A DNA stretch of 64,000 nt from Takakia lepidozioides (Eukaryota > Plantae > Bryophyta), in NCBI GenBank assembly GCA_030704615.1, contig CM060731.1, forward strand, positions 66,588,001 to 66,652,000, read 5' to 3'. The position numbers were made by a program, and so were the translations under genes. Numbering within the stretch: position 1 is the first letter of the stretch; every line of letters begins with the position of its first letter. Shown piece after piece: positions 1-13,993 of this stretch. Under the pieces are notes generated by a model. The model did not search any database, had not been told where the DNA came from, and saw only the letters and a program-made list of their open reading frames with translations.

Positions 1-619
1 CACCTTTACAAATTTGTAAGGTGCACCTGTTGAAAATCAGGTCAGGCCCATCCAAAGGGCATTCCGCTGTGTAAGGGTCTAGGAATCAGGGTCCAAATTT
101 CCCATACTGGAGAACAACGGAATGCGCCCTTTCCCTACACATGACTTTACACATAAAAATATTGCAGCTTGTCACATTTTCTCGGTTAGCAGATCGTATT
201 AGTTAGGTAATTGTCTACCAAAGCTTTCAATCACTCACCAGCAAAGGGTTTGTGGAGTGTGACACCTATTCTTAAAATTGGCAAGCAAATTAGTTCAAGA
301 CAGGTGTAGATGGATTATTTCATTCATATTTATGGATGGAATATGGTCATATGGTCTAGTTGGTGCAAGTTGGATAGGTAAGACCATGGTACACGTTTAG
401 GGTTTCATCCAGCACGAGACTTTGTGGATTTTGTTACAGGTATTCTTAAATTCATGCCATAACCGGGATTTGGATGCAATTGGAACTCCTGATTGCATCT
501 GAGCCATAGGGTAAACAAGTGGACCTATAGTAAATTCACCTTACTCTGAAAGGGTAAGCAAAATCTATCTACCCACACAACATTGGCAATAACCATCGTC
601 TCCATAGGTAGGTAATAAC

Positions 620-1411
620 CAGTGTTGGGCGGTTCTTGCATTTGTGAAGGAACCTTCGGTTCCAGTTCCACAATTATTTCAAGAGACGGTTCCGGTCCCG
701 TTCCGGATCCAACTTTTAAACATGGGGGCAGTTCCGGTTACCGGCTAGTTGCTGATAAAAACCATCGGTTCCGGTTAGGTTCCGGTTCTATTTTAAAAAT
801 ATATTTGTTTAATTTAATTAGATTTAAATTTTTTATCAGTCCGGTAGATTAAATAGCAGTGTATTCACATATTTGAACTAAAATCCAACGATTTTGTTAG
901 TTTTCACTAACACAAAAAAACAAACAAAAATACTCTAAATAAACTGGTGGAAGAAAATGGGTAAAATTTTATGGGTTGAAAGTACTATTCAGCTACCTGG
1001 CAAGTATTGGCATCTTCAAACATTTTATTAATGAACTTAGCTAGGATATCATGGAGCTAGAGATTGAACCCAAGATCTCATGGCCTTCAAGCATTGAACT
1101 AAGGACCGGTTCTTGAGAGCATGAGAGCTTGAGAGCATTGAACTAAGGAGCTTGAGAGCATTAAATAAGTTTTGCCCTGGGCCCACGAGCCCCACCAAGG
1201 GGTCAAGAACGGAACCTGTTTTTATCCCCATGCGCCCCGGTTCTCCGGTTTTCACACCCAGCAGGAACCGCCGGTTCGGTTCTGCGCCGATCCCCATTGG
1301 CAGGTTCCGGGTCAGGTTATGTAGGAATGGGCCCGGTTCCGATCCTGTTCAGGTTACCTGAACCTGAACCGGCGGTTAACCTGGGTCCCGGCGGGTAACC
1401 GCCCAACACTG
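620..1411. mobile_element. Non-autonomous hAT-type MITE (792 bp)
   Basis: Perfect 15-bp TIRs CAGTGTTGGGCGGTT (620-634) / AACCGCCCAACACTG (1397-1411); 8-bp TSD GTAATAAC (612-619, 1412-1419); many subterminal CCGGTT/AACCGG motifs; no transposase ORF. Confidence 0.92.
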
Positions 1412-3420
1412 GTAATAACTTGGAAGGTCCACTCTGGGAGGACCCAATAACATGTCATGGACGTTAGCACTTAGCTCAAGAAGACCTTACTATTTACTTT
1501 TGACCTTCTGGGATGAGCAGTACCGGATAATAGATACTGAAAAGGCTTGGCCTTCGGCAAGATTTTTACCAACTGTGTGTTGACCTTAGAATTCTGAAGG
1601 ATCCTTGTATCAAGGGCGGCCCTCATACAAAAAAGACATACACCTAAAGATGATGAAACCCTTTGGAGCTTTATTTACAAACTGACAGAGGCGGCAGGCG
1701 GAGTGCAAGCATGGAGGAAGATAGGTTAGAACTTAGTCCTTGTCCTGCGCATGGAATGGTTGGCCCACAGCGCACAGATGGTGCACGTAGATCACATGTT
1801 GTGTGGTTGGCTCACAACCCATAAATCAATATGTGGGTATATGCAGATTGAGAGGAGGACCTGCAGAAAGGTTTTCGATACTCGTGAGTTGCAGATCTGG
1901 TAGTTGGCTCGTAACACACACCTAATCACAACGGGTGTCGGTCCTGGTGCCTGTGCAGGACGAACAAGGAATCCATGTCGGCCTTTTAGTTAACTAGTCC
2001 AGTTGTTCTCTAGTTTACCAGTAACTCCAGAGTCCACAGCCGTCTTTATGTGAATCCCCAGTGCCCACTAGCCAGACTGTTCAAATCTGGATCCGTAAAG
2101 CCTGAGCGACAAGAGTTTCCCGCTGTCGAAATGCCTCACCATACTTAAAAGCTTGAATGCAAAAACGTGCCAAGTCGTGCTCGCGTCTGGCCTGCCTCCC
2201 CCACAACTTGCAAGCGATTGGAGCCTTGGGGGCAATTCAAAGTATTGGTACTTGAAGATTATAAATGTCAAGCATAGACTTGGGCTGTTGAAGTTTGTAG
2301 TACTTTGAGCCGCTCTGAAGCGAAGTACCCGCCATATGACGGTAAGGAGTAAGGAGCCCAACGACTCCAACTGTTACGCACTTGAAGATCTCTTCGGTGC
2401 ATGCAATCACATTCCCTCGAAAACATCAAAATCATAAGTACAACTTGTTGCTCTTCTCTCTCATACCCTTCACAGATCACTTCGAGTCCCCCACATTGCA
2501 AAATATTACATGTTTTCACAACAAATTAATCAACCTTTCCTGCGAAGTGCATCTCCTGTACACGTGATAATTCTCCTCATCCGGCCCTAAATCTGTCTTC
2601 CATCAAAACAATGGCCGCCCTTTTTCTGGTGTTACAGTGTCGGTTTGAAGCCAAATTCATCACCATTACCCCCGTCCCGTCCTCCCATTCCGTTCCCACG
2701 CGTGTGTGATCGGGAGGGACGGACAGCCGCGTCGGGGTTGCACGTTCATATTTGCTGCAGCACGTCCTTCTGATTGAGCCCCTTCTGACGGGGGTGAACG
2801 TCCTGCTGCGTCCGTCCTCGCCGCTGGGCTGCCATCTATGCGGACGGACAGGAGCCCCAAGATTGAGCCAGTGCAATGAATCTGGCAGGGGAGTTTGAGC
2901 AACCAAAAAGTGCAGCGATCCGGTCTGTAGGTGAGGTGAAGTATGAGAGAGAGAGAATGCTTGGTTGAGTAGAAGCACTAAGTATTCACGGGGTGTGCCT
3001 GTGCCTGCACCAGCTGTCGATGCATCAAGAGAAACCCAAGACAGGCTGCGGACCCGCCACAGGCACACCCATCAATGCAGCAGCAGCCGTCAAAGGACGA
3101 TGCATCCCCACCACTTTATGTACCTTGTGGATGTTATATATATCGGAAGCTGCCTTCTTGCCATCACCATGCTATGTAAAACTATGGCTAAAACTGTAGT
3201 CAAGAGCGGCCCACTTGAACTAAGCAACGACATTGAAGCGGATGCAGAAAACTGCAAGAAAACGGTTCTCAGCAGCTGCCGTCGCTGACTTTGGCACGGC
3301 AACGGCAATACCCAACGGACCCCTGTTGCCCTTTATCAGAGTGGACATGCAGTTCATCTGCTCGTGAGCTGCTGCCAGTAGGAGCAGAGAGTCAAGCCAT
3401 CGAATATGGAACTTTTGCAA

Positions 3421-3545
3421 GCATTTCAAGCAGCAACCTGCACACAATCCATGAGCTACACAATCCATGGATTACTTCCCCTACCTAAGTAGCTCATGGA
3501 TGATTGCTGTAGCTCATGGATTGTGTGCAGGTTGTTGCTTGATGC
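3421..3545. repeat. Inverted repeat / foldback, ~35-bp stem
   Basis: TCAAGCAGCAACCTGCACACAATCCATGAGCTACA (3426-3460) pairs with TGTAGCTCATGGATTGTGTGCAGGTTGTTGCTTGA (3508-3542) with one mismatch. Confidence 0.85.
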
Positions 3546-5959
3546 TGCACAAGAGCACCGGTGTCTCTCTCTCTCTCAAGAATCACTCCAGAAACTAGGC
3601 ATGCCTTAAATGCTCGGCCAAGTCGAGCTTTGATTATCGACATAAAGCATCAGCACAGATGCCATACAGCCCCAAATCGGATCGAGGGAAACTGACCACA
3701 TAACATGGAACCCACTATCAGTGGAAAAAGCATGTCAGAAATTTCTACCTTCAAACGTCAATCAAAACTCATAACATACCTAAGGTTACCATGCATCCCC
3801 ATGACAGGTGGAGGAATGGGCAGGACGTGCCTCCAACGACGTGGCCACATAGCAGTTCTTGCATGTGAACTGGCTCCACGCCTTCCTGTCAGCGCGCATG
3901 CTCCCCGACTACTACTAAGACTGAGCTGCTCTGATTCTCTTTGTAATGCGGCATGCCCACTGGAAGGGTCACATACGGAGCCAAGACAACACAGAGCCTG
4001 ACAAATGGAAGGAAACCCATAAGCCCAAACCCAATTTGCCAAATGTGGGCTTGACGCTTACCCCTGCACCACAACAATCTCCATACCTACCATCCAACAG
4101 GCTGCCATGGGGCAGAGTCCTATGACAAACTGACACATTCTGTCCCTGCAAGAATTTTAGAATGTTCTTTATTGAAGTTGCAAATTTATAATGGGTGCAA
4201 TTTCATTTTCGTTTTTTTTATAATTTGTCTACTTGTTGCAAAACGTTCTCTCCTGTATTGGAAGGATGCAGTATACGTACTTTTTCTCAATTACCATTTC
4301 AGCTGAATGTAAACTTAATGCCCAAAAATTCTCCTGAGGGGCTTGTTGTGAATCAAAATCATGAAATGTAATGTACTTTCCTTAATGTGGGGAAGAATTT
4401 CTTGGAAGGTCATTTCCATGACCAGATTGAGCCTGTCCTGAGTGGAGCTTTACCTATTTTCCCAGAATATGTCTGCAGCTTCCCCCTTGTATATTTGGGG
4501 TTATCTTCCACACCAGACATTGGGACACGAGTGTATGAATTTGTACTACCCCACATTTGGGCTCAAACATCAGTACACAATCTTAAAGACATGCTCATCC
4601 ATATATAGACTTGATTCGTGTATTGTGCTCAAAGTTTTCTTGAACAATACTTCACACTAGCTCTGTTTGGAGTTTCCTTACACAATTCCTCTTCATTCTG
4701 TAGATAATCCACCGCATTTTCTTTGAAGTGGTGTTCACGGTTGTGAGAGCCTGAGAATCCTCCACAACATGGCATTACTGCAGGTGAAGTCTTGATCCAC
4801 ATGCAATTTCCCAGACACCATCACCTCTTAGCTTCTGTGCACGCCAGTTCATGGTCCATAGCAAAGGAACTACAGAATGTGTTTTCGAGCCTATTGACCA
4901 ACAGGTACAGGGAATATACTCACTGTCAAACATGCACCTCGTGACCTACAAACTCATTTCAGTTATGGTGCTGTATCTCCCAGTAGCAACTTGCCGATTC
5001 CAATTTGAAAGCTTGCATTGATCAAAGCAAACACAATCTTGAAAGCAAGTAATAACCGATCTGCACTCCTACATCGATAAGAACGGACTTTCATTGCCAG
5101 CTAGAGAGCCCCCTTTCAAGACCCTCAAGAGGTATTTTGATCAGGACTCCACTTCAAACATTGGAATCTTATCCCAACATGAGCACACAAAATGTGCTCA
5201 TATTGTTAAAGCATTCTTATACCTCCGAAGGCTCATTCGGGAACGCTCTATCTACCATGACCTAGGCCAAGTCCAGGTTTTTTCGTCTAAAACTGATCGA
5301 ACTCCAGCACACAGAAATACTGAAACGCAAGCTTGGAATCTGTGATGTATGGCTTCATTTTCATCTTGAAAACTTTTCGACCAACAAGCGAGTCAGAAAG
5401 AATTTGTTTTGAGAGTGGTAGAACAAGAGGGCCTCATGTGTCGATGTGTGTACGAGCTGGTGCTTTTCCCCCCAGCCTTCGCACTTGGGATTCGAGAGAA
5501 TAACAGCCGCTCCCTCCACGCGAAAGCATCGATCTACTGTTGCCGAAGTACCAATTGTCTCCGTCCTCACCACGATTGCTTATGAGCTTCCATGAACCTG
5601 GAGCAAGACAATATAAGACAACTGTGATCAGGAATAAACCTCAACTTCTGCGTTCAGATGAAACATAAGCCTTTGCATTCCACTCGAGTCTGGTTAGCCC
5701 ACTGGGTGTAGAGAGATGTCAGGAGCAAACAAGTGCCACTCATTATTGAAAGCCTGGCAGTGCTGAGACAAAACTCGTTCAACCTGACAACGTATACATT
5801 TTTCGAGAATTGATAAAGATTTAGCACTGTTGATAGGAGCCTAAACGAAACACCCTGTTAGCCAAACTTCGACCGTCTACTTCGCAAGTCAACTGATAAT
5901 AAAACAGCGTAGGACATTGAACACATCTGCTGTCGAGAGTGAAAGGCGCAAACTGATAT

Positions 5960-6140
5960 TCTTGGCAGCGGAAACAGGGGAGCTCCCTTCAGTCCAAGGG
6001 AAGCCAAGAAGAAGAAAGGTCGGCTCCCGCATCAGACACGCGACCACCCAATCAAGTCTCGACATTGATAGGGTAGTCGGATGCATGAGTCGGCAGCTGT
6101 GCTAACCTCGCATCGGCCACTATTGAACTGAGGGGAGCTC
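5960..6140 (-). repeat. Dispersed repeat, copy 1 (homologous to ~48135-48305)
   Basis: Shared ACAGGGGAGCTCCCTTCAGTCCAAG...GGTCGGCTCCCGCATCA...CGGATGC.TGAGTCGGCAG; both translate to CLMREPT.L..G..WTEGSS on the minus strand. Confidence 0.8.
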
Positions 6141-7985
6141 CCCGGGGCATCGATGCCTTGCATCAGAATTGCTACAGAGACCTTAAACGTCCGCCAACAG
6201 AAAAACGCATAGATCGAAGCGCGAGAACTGTAAAGTTGACGAGCAAAAACACAACAGAGAAGCAATCGATTCCATATACGGTAAAGGCTAGACTACTCCT
6301 CTTTGGGAACCATCCAAGCAGCAATCATCTGAAGTGGGTTTTATATGTCACAGAGGTCGATCACACATAAGCCGCAGCACCCTGAAGAACGAGACTCAGC
6401 CTCCGCATGCAATCACACGCGGAGTGAAAAGGAGGGAGGAGATCCAGAAAATCGACAGACAACCCATCACCACCCAGAGATCAGCGCATCCGGAGGAATA
6501 GAGAGGTGGTGTGTGAGAGAGGAGAGGGTGACGAGGAGGAGAGGGGAGCAGAAAGCGGATCGGGACAGGTGTTGAATTGACGAAGCCATAGAATATATTT
6601 ATACATGCGGTGCACGTAAGCTGCGGCGCCGTCTAGTGCGCGACGAAACACTAGCTACAGTAAAGAGAGAGTGAAAACTTAAAAGAGAGGCTGATTTGTC
6701 TACACCTGCAGTTGTATGGACAGGTGTATGTAGTGGCAGACCTCAAGTCATCGATGCAAGGACTCACAGTAATGAATTTTAACATTGAATACACAATGTG
6801 CCTGCCCCCCTTCCATCATTGTGACCGCTAAACTTAGCATAAAACTATGATAGAAAAAGAGGCCTGGAAGTAAGAGCTAAGGGGCACGAGATTCAAGACT
6901 GTCAACCTCTTTTTGGGGAAGAGCGACGTGATTTGAAAATGATTAACTTGCGCTCACAAGAAATAATCACTTGTAAGGTGCCAATGGTACTTACAGTACG
7001 CGTGAGTAAACAAGAAAGCAAGGACCTTTCCTGTGCAGATGGTGTAGTTTTGGAGGGGAAGATATGTTGGCCCACCTTTCTGCAACTTCCTCCTGAGAGT
7101 ACACTCTCCAGACAGACTCCTCGTCCACTTTTATCAAACTTAAAATTGATGGGGCTTCGATGACTCTCAGCTCTGTCGCTTAATGATTTTCCTGAGGTGG
7201 CTCCTTTTTTGCGTATAGGTAGTCTAGAAATGCCTTTCTGTCACTTCTTGCTGCAGTTGGACAGCTTGGTCTTCTGCATCTACGATCATTTTCATTTTCT
7301 AAAACAAAATGCTTATTCTATTTGGACTCAGAGATTTGTACCACAAACCTCCTCCCCTACTATTGCATGATGTCAGGAACGTTTGACAGACTTAGACTGA
7401 TTTCTGTCGCATGGAACGGGCATCTGCGCGGACAACCCCTCTAACATTTGCTAAATTGCTGTTCAATGTGGGTGTCGTCTTGGATTAATTTCCTGCGGCG
7501 TGGAACGGACAACGGACCTTGACATCCATTAGAAATCCACAAACGCAATCGCATCTGATAGGGCTTACATCTGCCAATTGTTGTACAATTGTCCCATTGC
7601 GATTCATGAGGACCAATTGAATCCATGGGTTGTGACTTGTGTGACATGGGAGGTCAGATCTATCACACCCTTGCCTGGTTGTCACTGATGTGCAGACTCC
7701 TGCTTTGTGTCCCATCTTCCTTCCCTAGCCTCCAGAGTTCAGAAGTCCAGCTTCGTTACATAACGCCTTCACACGTCTCTAATCATCATCACAAGTACTA
7801 ATCACTCCTCTTAATTACATACTGACGCCCACAATGCATGACAGAAGCTATAGCAGCAAAGGACCGTGCCCATTACTTCAACATCCTGCCAAGGGCATCC
7901 TGCATGCAGACCTACTCCTTGTCTGTCCTTCATGTCCGGGGCAGTGTTTTTCAAGGAAAAAAAGGTAGAGGCACAAATGTATTAA

Positions 7986-9130
7986 CCCTTCAAGGACGAG
8001 CCTGTTTTTGGTGGGCCCCGTCTAAAACCAGATATACCCTCACGGATGAGGGTGTATCTCCCATTGGACAAACATCCGAGGGGATGAACCGTTCCAAAGT
8101 CATCCTACCTACTTCATGCACCTGAAGTAAAAATTTCAGGAGAATTGACCGTCTAAAGTGGAAGATTATAACTAAAATTCTAGGCTTTTTTTTTTTGTTG
8201 GATATTTTCAACATGAAAATTTGGTTTGACCAAGCAGATTGCCAACCTTTTTGATTTTTCATTGATACAGCCTACCCAGATTCAGATTATATGGCACCCA
8301 CAGCAAAGCCTCCCAAAATTCCAGAGCCAAATTCCAAAAATGCATAATGGTTGCTTTGTATGGGAAAACAGGGGAGTCAAAATGCCAATTTCTCTCATGG
8401 GAAAAACACATCCCCCCAAATGTGGGCAATTTGTGAGGGAATCCAAATTCCTCTCGTCATGTTGTTGTTTGCCTACCTACCGAGTACCCTGGAAAAAAAA
8501 TTCCACATTCTAAGCTGTTTGTAGGCAAAGATTGCAAAACAAACCGAATCCCTACTTGAATCCCAGTTCCGGCCAAGAATTGCCGGAGCCGGTGGACATT
8601 GCCGGCAAAAAATCCGGCCACGTCATCACAAACCAAGGAAGTCACGGGGCCCTCCACCCTGCGTTTCAGCGCTCTCCCTCCACGACCTTCCAACGGCCAC
8701 CTGATTGGGCCACGCACCTAAACCCTACGCGGGTGAGAATCTCCCGCCACCGCTACCTGCCATCTGATTGGGCCACGTGCCTGGCGTTTCGCGCGTGCCG
8801 GGGTTCGCCGCTGTCCGCACGGGCGGACATGCAGCCCCCCGCTGTCACCCGCTGCCGGCAAACGCCCACCCCCCCAATCCTGCCTGCCACGTCTGCCAGT
8901 CAACCTGCTGGCGGGCCCAAACCACAGGATTTTGGGTACCCCTCCAGATTCCAAAAAATCCTGACGGCGGGGGATTAGATTTTTTAGGGTGCGATCAACA
9001 CAGGGGGCCGTAAATATTTATGGGCTACACTTTTCGTTCAGGAATCGTTTTCATCCGACATGATCTGCGCATTTATCATCCAATCGAAATTTCGACCCGA
9101 CCCGATACGGGTCGCCTCGTCCTTGAAGGG
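7986..9130. mobile_element. Non-autonomous piggyBac-type element (1145 bp)
   Basis: Perfect 15-bp TIRs CCCTTCAAGGACGAG (7986-8000) / CTCGTCCTTGAAGGG (9116-9130); TTAA on both sides (7982-7985, 9131-9134). Confidence 0.85.
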
Positions 9131-9414
9131 TTAATATTCTTTGTTGTTGGGTTTGTTTTTTTCTTGTGCCGGATCACATGTGAGCATCCAGGGAAATATT
9201 GCAAAAGGAAGAGGATCTAATTCATGGGTACACAGTCACTCATGATTTATTGCCTCCCAACGGGTTCAGCCGTAATCAACACAACAAATCAATGAAGTGG
9301 TGTTGCATACTTTAGCCACACTAATTAATTCTGGTCCCAAAGATCAAATCTATAAAATAGGCGACCCTTCCCCTTATTCACAAATCTCTACTTCACATGT
9401 TGGTGCAGGCCCTG

Positions 9415-9843
9415 ACATCATTGATACTCAAGTTGATATCTAAATCTGGAAAATTAGAGGTGAAGAGTTCTTAGTGCAGGCTCTCCCAACAGGTGCCGGC
9501 CCTCAGATTGATCTTCAAGTTGATCTAAATCTGGAAAATCAGAGGTGAGTGCAGGCTCTCCTAACAGGTGCCGGCCCTCGCATGATGTACATCATTGATC
9601 TGCAAGTTGATCTAAATCTGGAAAACCAGAGGTGAGGGGTTCTCAATGCGGGCTCTCCCAACAGGTGCCGGCCCATGATCTGCAAGTTGATCTAAATCTG
9701 GAAAATCAGAGGTGAAGGGTTCTCAATGCAGGCTCTCCCAACAAGGGCCGGCCCTCACATGATGTACATCATTGATCTTCAAGTTGATCTAAATCTGGAA
9801 AATTAGAGGTGAAGAGTTCTCAGTGCAGGCTCTTCCAACAGGT
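9415..9843. repeat. Tandem array, 5 copies of an ~80-100 bp unit
   Basis: Core AAGTTGATCTAAATCTGGAAAA..AGAGGTGA..GCAGGCTCTCCCAACAGGTGCCGGCCC recurs at ~9430, 9517, 9604, 9685, 9781. Confidence 0.9.
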
Positions 9844-12633
9844 GGGTGGTGGAGTCTGGACGACAGGTTCGTGAGAGTAATGAAAGCTATTGACATCTCT
9901 AACAAAGTGCCAAACAACACATGAAGTAAATGAGTGCATTGATTCAGCTCCTGGGTACTGTTGCTATGCCGGTACACATCGACAGGCTTGGAATGGACTG
10001 AAAAGGGTGGTGGCTCAGTCACACAACAAACGTGCATTTGAATTGGGCTGTTAGAAACCCTATCTTGATCAGCCACTCCCGCCCCACTGGCCAGTGTTGC
10101 TCCTCATTTATCAACTCATGAGCATCATCCATCATAATCCTCAGCTTCAGCATAGACTAGTGTTTTTCTGGTGGGTAGAAGACATCAAGGTTATGGAGTC
10201 TTCTCCTTGCCTCTAGTAAGTTCCTCACTAAAGGCCACTAAAAAGGCCTCCATTCTTCAATTTATTTTTTCATTACTCCCAACATTATATATACAAGCCG
10301 TAGCTAGGGTAAATAAGAGCCTCTTCCCCTTGCGGCTACTTCATTCTTTCAGGGGTGGGCTCTATCACCCCAACATGTAACACTTATCTCTTCCCATGAA
10401 TATATATCGTCGGCCATAGAGACTTAGAGCCGGCAGCTGCAAGCGCCCCCGTGAATCGCCCCAGTATTTACGAGGCGGCGAGTGGTCGAAATAGGATATT
10501 CCCTAAGGGACACCCCAGGGATTCGCCTCTTGCTAAGGGGCGCAAAAAGCCGTCCCTTCACAACGGGCGATGGATGGAGTTTCACGGCGCCCCTAAGTGA
10601 CACCTTTGTCTTTTCCTATAGCGGGCCACAGACTTGCATCATACTATTGATTTCCATCCAAAGTGAGTTAGATTTTAGGAGAATGAATGATTTTTGACAT
10701 TCTCATCCAAAATTTATATTAATTATCAATTATTATGTCATGGGCCCAGAGCAATTGGTGCCAAAGATTTCTAGAGGGGTGAATGGAAAGGTATCCATGG
10801 AACCACCCCCTCATTTTTAAGGGGTGATTCTCTCTTGGGGCGCTTGCTTGGGGGGGGGGTGTTTTGGGAGTGCCCCTCAAACCGGCTCATTACATCCCAT
10901 GCCGTTGCTTGTTGTTTCAAAGGAGAATACATGCTTAGACGCCAAAACATCACTCCATCACATGCAGCTCATTTCATGTGGGTAAAGATATTGGATTCTT
11001 TGAAAAAGTCTTCAATATCATATGCGGGACAATGTGAGGGGCAAGGTGGGTCTGGTTGCGCCTTTGTAAATTTTTGGAGGCTAAAATATCTAGGAACGCC
11101 CTAGGATAGCTGGTAGGATGAATAGTGTCACCTACCAACCAAGAATGGGCTACATGTTAAACAATCTCCATGCTCCAGTTGTTGATGCGGGGAATGTTAT
11201 CATTCCGCATGAACATAATACTCAAATGGGGACGTGGTCACTCGACCTCCTTGGTTCATAATGCTCCACATAAGCCAAATACATGTGGATGGGTCATTCC
11301 GAAGCTGGATAATGGCCTACCTACTATATAGCGGCATTACCTACTCGACCATTATCCTATACTTCATCTTGTTATCTCCAAATTTTATAAGAGTAAAGAA
11401 TATATATATACTATTGCTTGACTAGTCTTTTTGCTTGCTTTTGAGAGATGCTTTTCAACAGTCCACAATCCAGATCATCATTCTCATCGGTATTGCATTA
11501 TAGTCGTGATGTCCCTCATCTCTCACAGTATATTCAACCAGTTCAGAGATTGGTTGGTGCAAGTTGATTTGTTGAGTCCGTTGTGGCTTATGTTGACTTG
11601 TTCCGGCAAAGGTGCAAACAAGGCATGCTCAGTAGGCTTTGTTGTTTTCAAATGGTCCACACTCCACACAAGAACCTATGCACAAAGTCTTCTTTTTCTT
11701 GGGTTCTAATCTATCTTGGGTCCCCGCACCCTTCTTAGAAAAAAAAGCAGCTACTACTAGTAGTATAATAGTTCCACCTTTACATAATATTATATTGATT
11801 GTGAAAAATAATGATACAGTGTAAGTGACTAGATAGTTCTAAGAAAATTATTGGTTTATGATTGGTCCAATATAATGATAATAGAATGCAAGGAACAAAA
11901 TATGATAAGATAAAACTGAAATGAACTATATGTGATGGAACAGAATATACAATGGAATTGAATATGATGGGAAAAACAAAAAATAAATAAAGAGGCCTCA
12001 AGCGGGCTCTCTTGCTTTGGCAAAACATGAGAGGAAGGTAAGACTAGGGAGCACGACGTAGCACAACAAACCAATCGGTGCCTTGACATGGTGTAAGGTC
12101 CTTTGACCACATTTCCTCCCTTGACTTCAACATGATGCTAGTCTCTCTCTAGGAGAGAACCAATAAAGTGATGGACTAGAGGGATAAAGTGGAAAAGAAC
12201 TGAATATAGTGGAACTCAATCCGATAGAGTTGAACAGAACGAAGCGAACTGAATGTGATGGAACTTAAGGGAACTATATGAAGGGAGATGAGTATAAATG
12301 AATGCAAATGATAATACTAAAGGGAATTGAATAAAATGGAGCTGAAGAAATAATTGTGAAGGGAACTGAATATGATGATGGAACTGTAGCACTCAAATGA
12401 ATGAGTAACAATAGACAAAGAAAATCTTAAATATATGACAGTGCCCTTAATTGTAAATGGTTATCTTTCGGCAAATGTATAGTTTTCTGAGGCAGGTGTT
12501 AAACGGGGAAAATATATCAGGAAAAAATGATTGATGTGTAGGGAGGAGCACCACTTACAAGTAGGTTGACTAGGAATTCACTTGGGTATAAAACTGAGAA
12601 AAAAGAGAAGAAGAAAAAAGAAAAAAGAAAAAA

Positions 12634-12634
<1 letters not shown>

Positions 12635-12675
<41 letters not shown>
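12635..12675. repeat. (AAC)n microsatellite after an A/G-rich tract
   Basis: About 13 AAC units, read directly. Confidence 0.95.
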
Positions 12676-12677
<2 letters not shown>

Positions 12678-12720
12678 TGTTGCTTAAGTAGACGTAAGGA
12701 TCTATAACAACCTTTACATA

Positions 12721-12880
12721 GCTTAGACCTTAACATTAGGACTACGCATTTATTTGGGTTTACAATCACTCTAATGATATAAATAGCTTGGACCTTAATG
12801 TTGGGACTACGCATTTATTTGGGTTTACAATCACTCTAATGATATAAATAGCTTGGACCTTAATGTTGGGACTACACATT
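12721..12880. repeat. 65-bp tandem repeat (~2.5 copies; degenerate copies to ~13140)
   Basis: GCTT(A/G)GACCTTAA..TT.GGACTAC.CATTTAT.. starts at 12721, 12786, 12851. Confidence 0.88.
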
Positions 12881-13993
12881 TATCAGCCTCTGGGGGTCTG
12901 GTACTGGCTCGGGTTCCCACTACCGTTGGGCGTCCACAAACACTCACAGTACAACTACCTTAATGTAAAAGATTTTACCACTAAAAATAGCTTGGATCTT
13001 AACGTCAAGACTACGTATTCTCTTGGGTCTACATATACATTAACGCGAAAAAAAAGATTTGGACCTGTACAAACTCTTGTCTTGACTACGCACTCATTTT
13101 ATACCTTATCGTTAAAAGTAGTGTGGACCTTAATGAGGGCGTACACACACGGGCGGCAATCGAGATGAATCGGAGACGACCATTGGCCGAGGGGAAACCG
13201 CACACTAACACACGGGAGGAAGCACGTTCTACTACTGGAAGCTGATGTGGACAGTTTTGGAAACCGCAACACTTCCGGGCACTTCCGGCTGGAAGTGCCG
13301 CGCACCTCTGAAAAGTTTTGTCGTGATGTGAAGTGCAGGGCCACCGTCTTCTGTCTTCCCGAACTTCTTTCACGCAGCTCTTCACTACAGAGATCGATGG
13401 TTTCCACAAAATAAAATCCACGGTTGATCACCAACATAACGTCTATCTACTTCCACTCGTGTGTTTGCTGCAACATCCACCCTTGCCTATGTGTCACTTG
13501 GAAGAAGGGGTGTCGACACTCTCTTCCATTGCCCCTCGTGAGAAAAGGGCCTGATATGTATAGCTAGTCTCGTCTTGATTACACGCCACGTCATGACGCA
13601 TGAGTGTGGGCTCACGCCATGTCAGCAATGTGCGAGCCTGGGCTCACGCTCTAGCATTGCTGGTCCAAGTACCTCCTACTTGGCAGGAGGTTTTAGGGGA
13701 GTGAGGCGGGAGTGTAGGGCAGGAGAAATGTGTTCAACTCATCAACATTACATATAATATGATATTACAAAACATTGGACTAACCACAACTATATACTTG
13801 ATCAAGCTCTCGTTTATTAACCCTTAAACAACAAGCACTATTTTGGTGGGCCCAATAAAAAAAAATAGTGCATATCCTCAATGGGTAGTAATTATTATGA
13901 TTTCTTCCCTCGACCACTGACCCGTTGCTTAAAAGTGAAACACTTACGGGTGGGCTATTCTTGAGCCTAATCCACTTTGATGCCGGACTCCGT

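Noticed and set aside
4400-5000. KDZ-type transposase call
   Set aside because: Only vague Cys/His hints across broken frames; diagnostic YD.AC and D.FH motifs not found.
6600-6660. Helitron 3' end (CTAG with GC-rich hairpin)
   Set aside because: Hairpin is weak and no matching 5' TC end or RepHel sequence was seen.
9415-9843. Regularly spaced repeats as a CRISPR array
   Set aside because: Intervening sequences are themselves homologous, not unique spacers; eukaryotic context; no cas genes.
10420-10890. TIR element (GCAAGCGCCCC / GGGGCGCTTGC)
   Set aside because: An 11-bp inverted match exists, but ends and TSD could not be defined.
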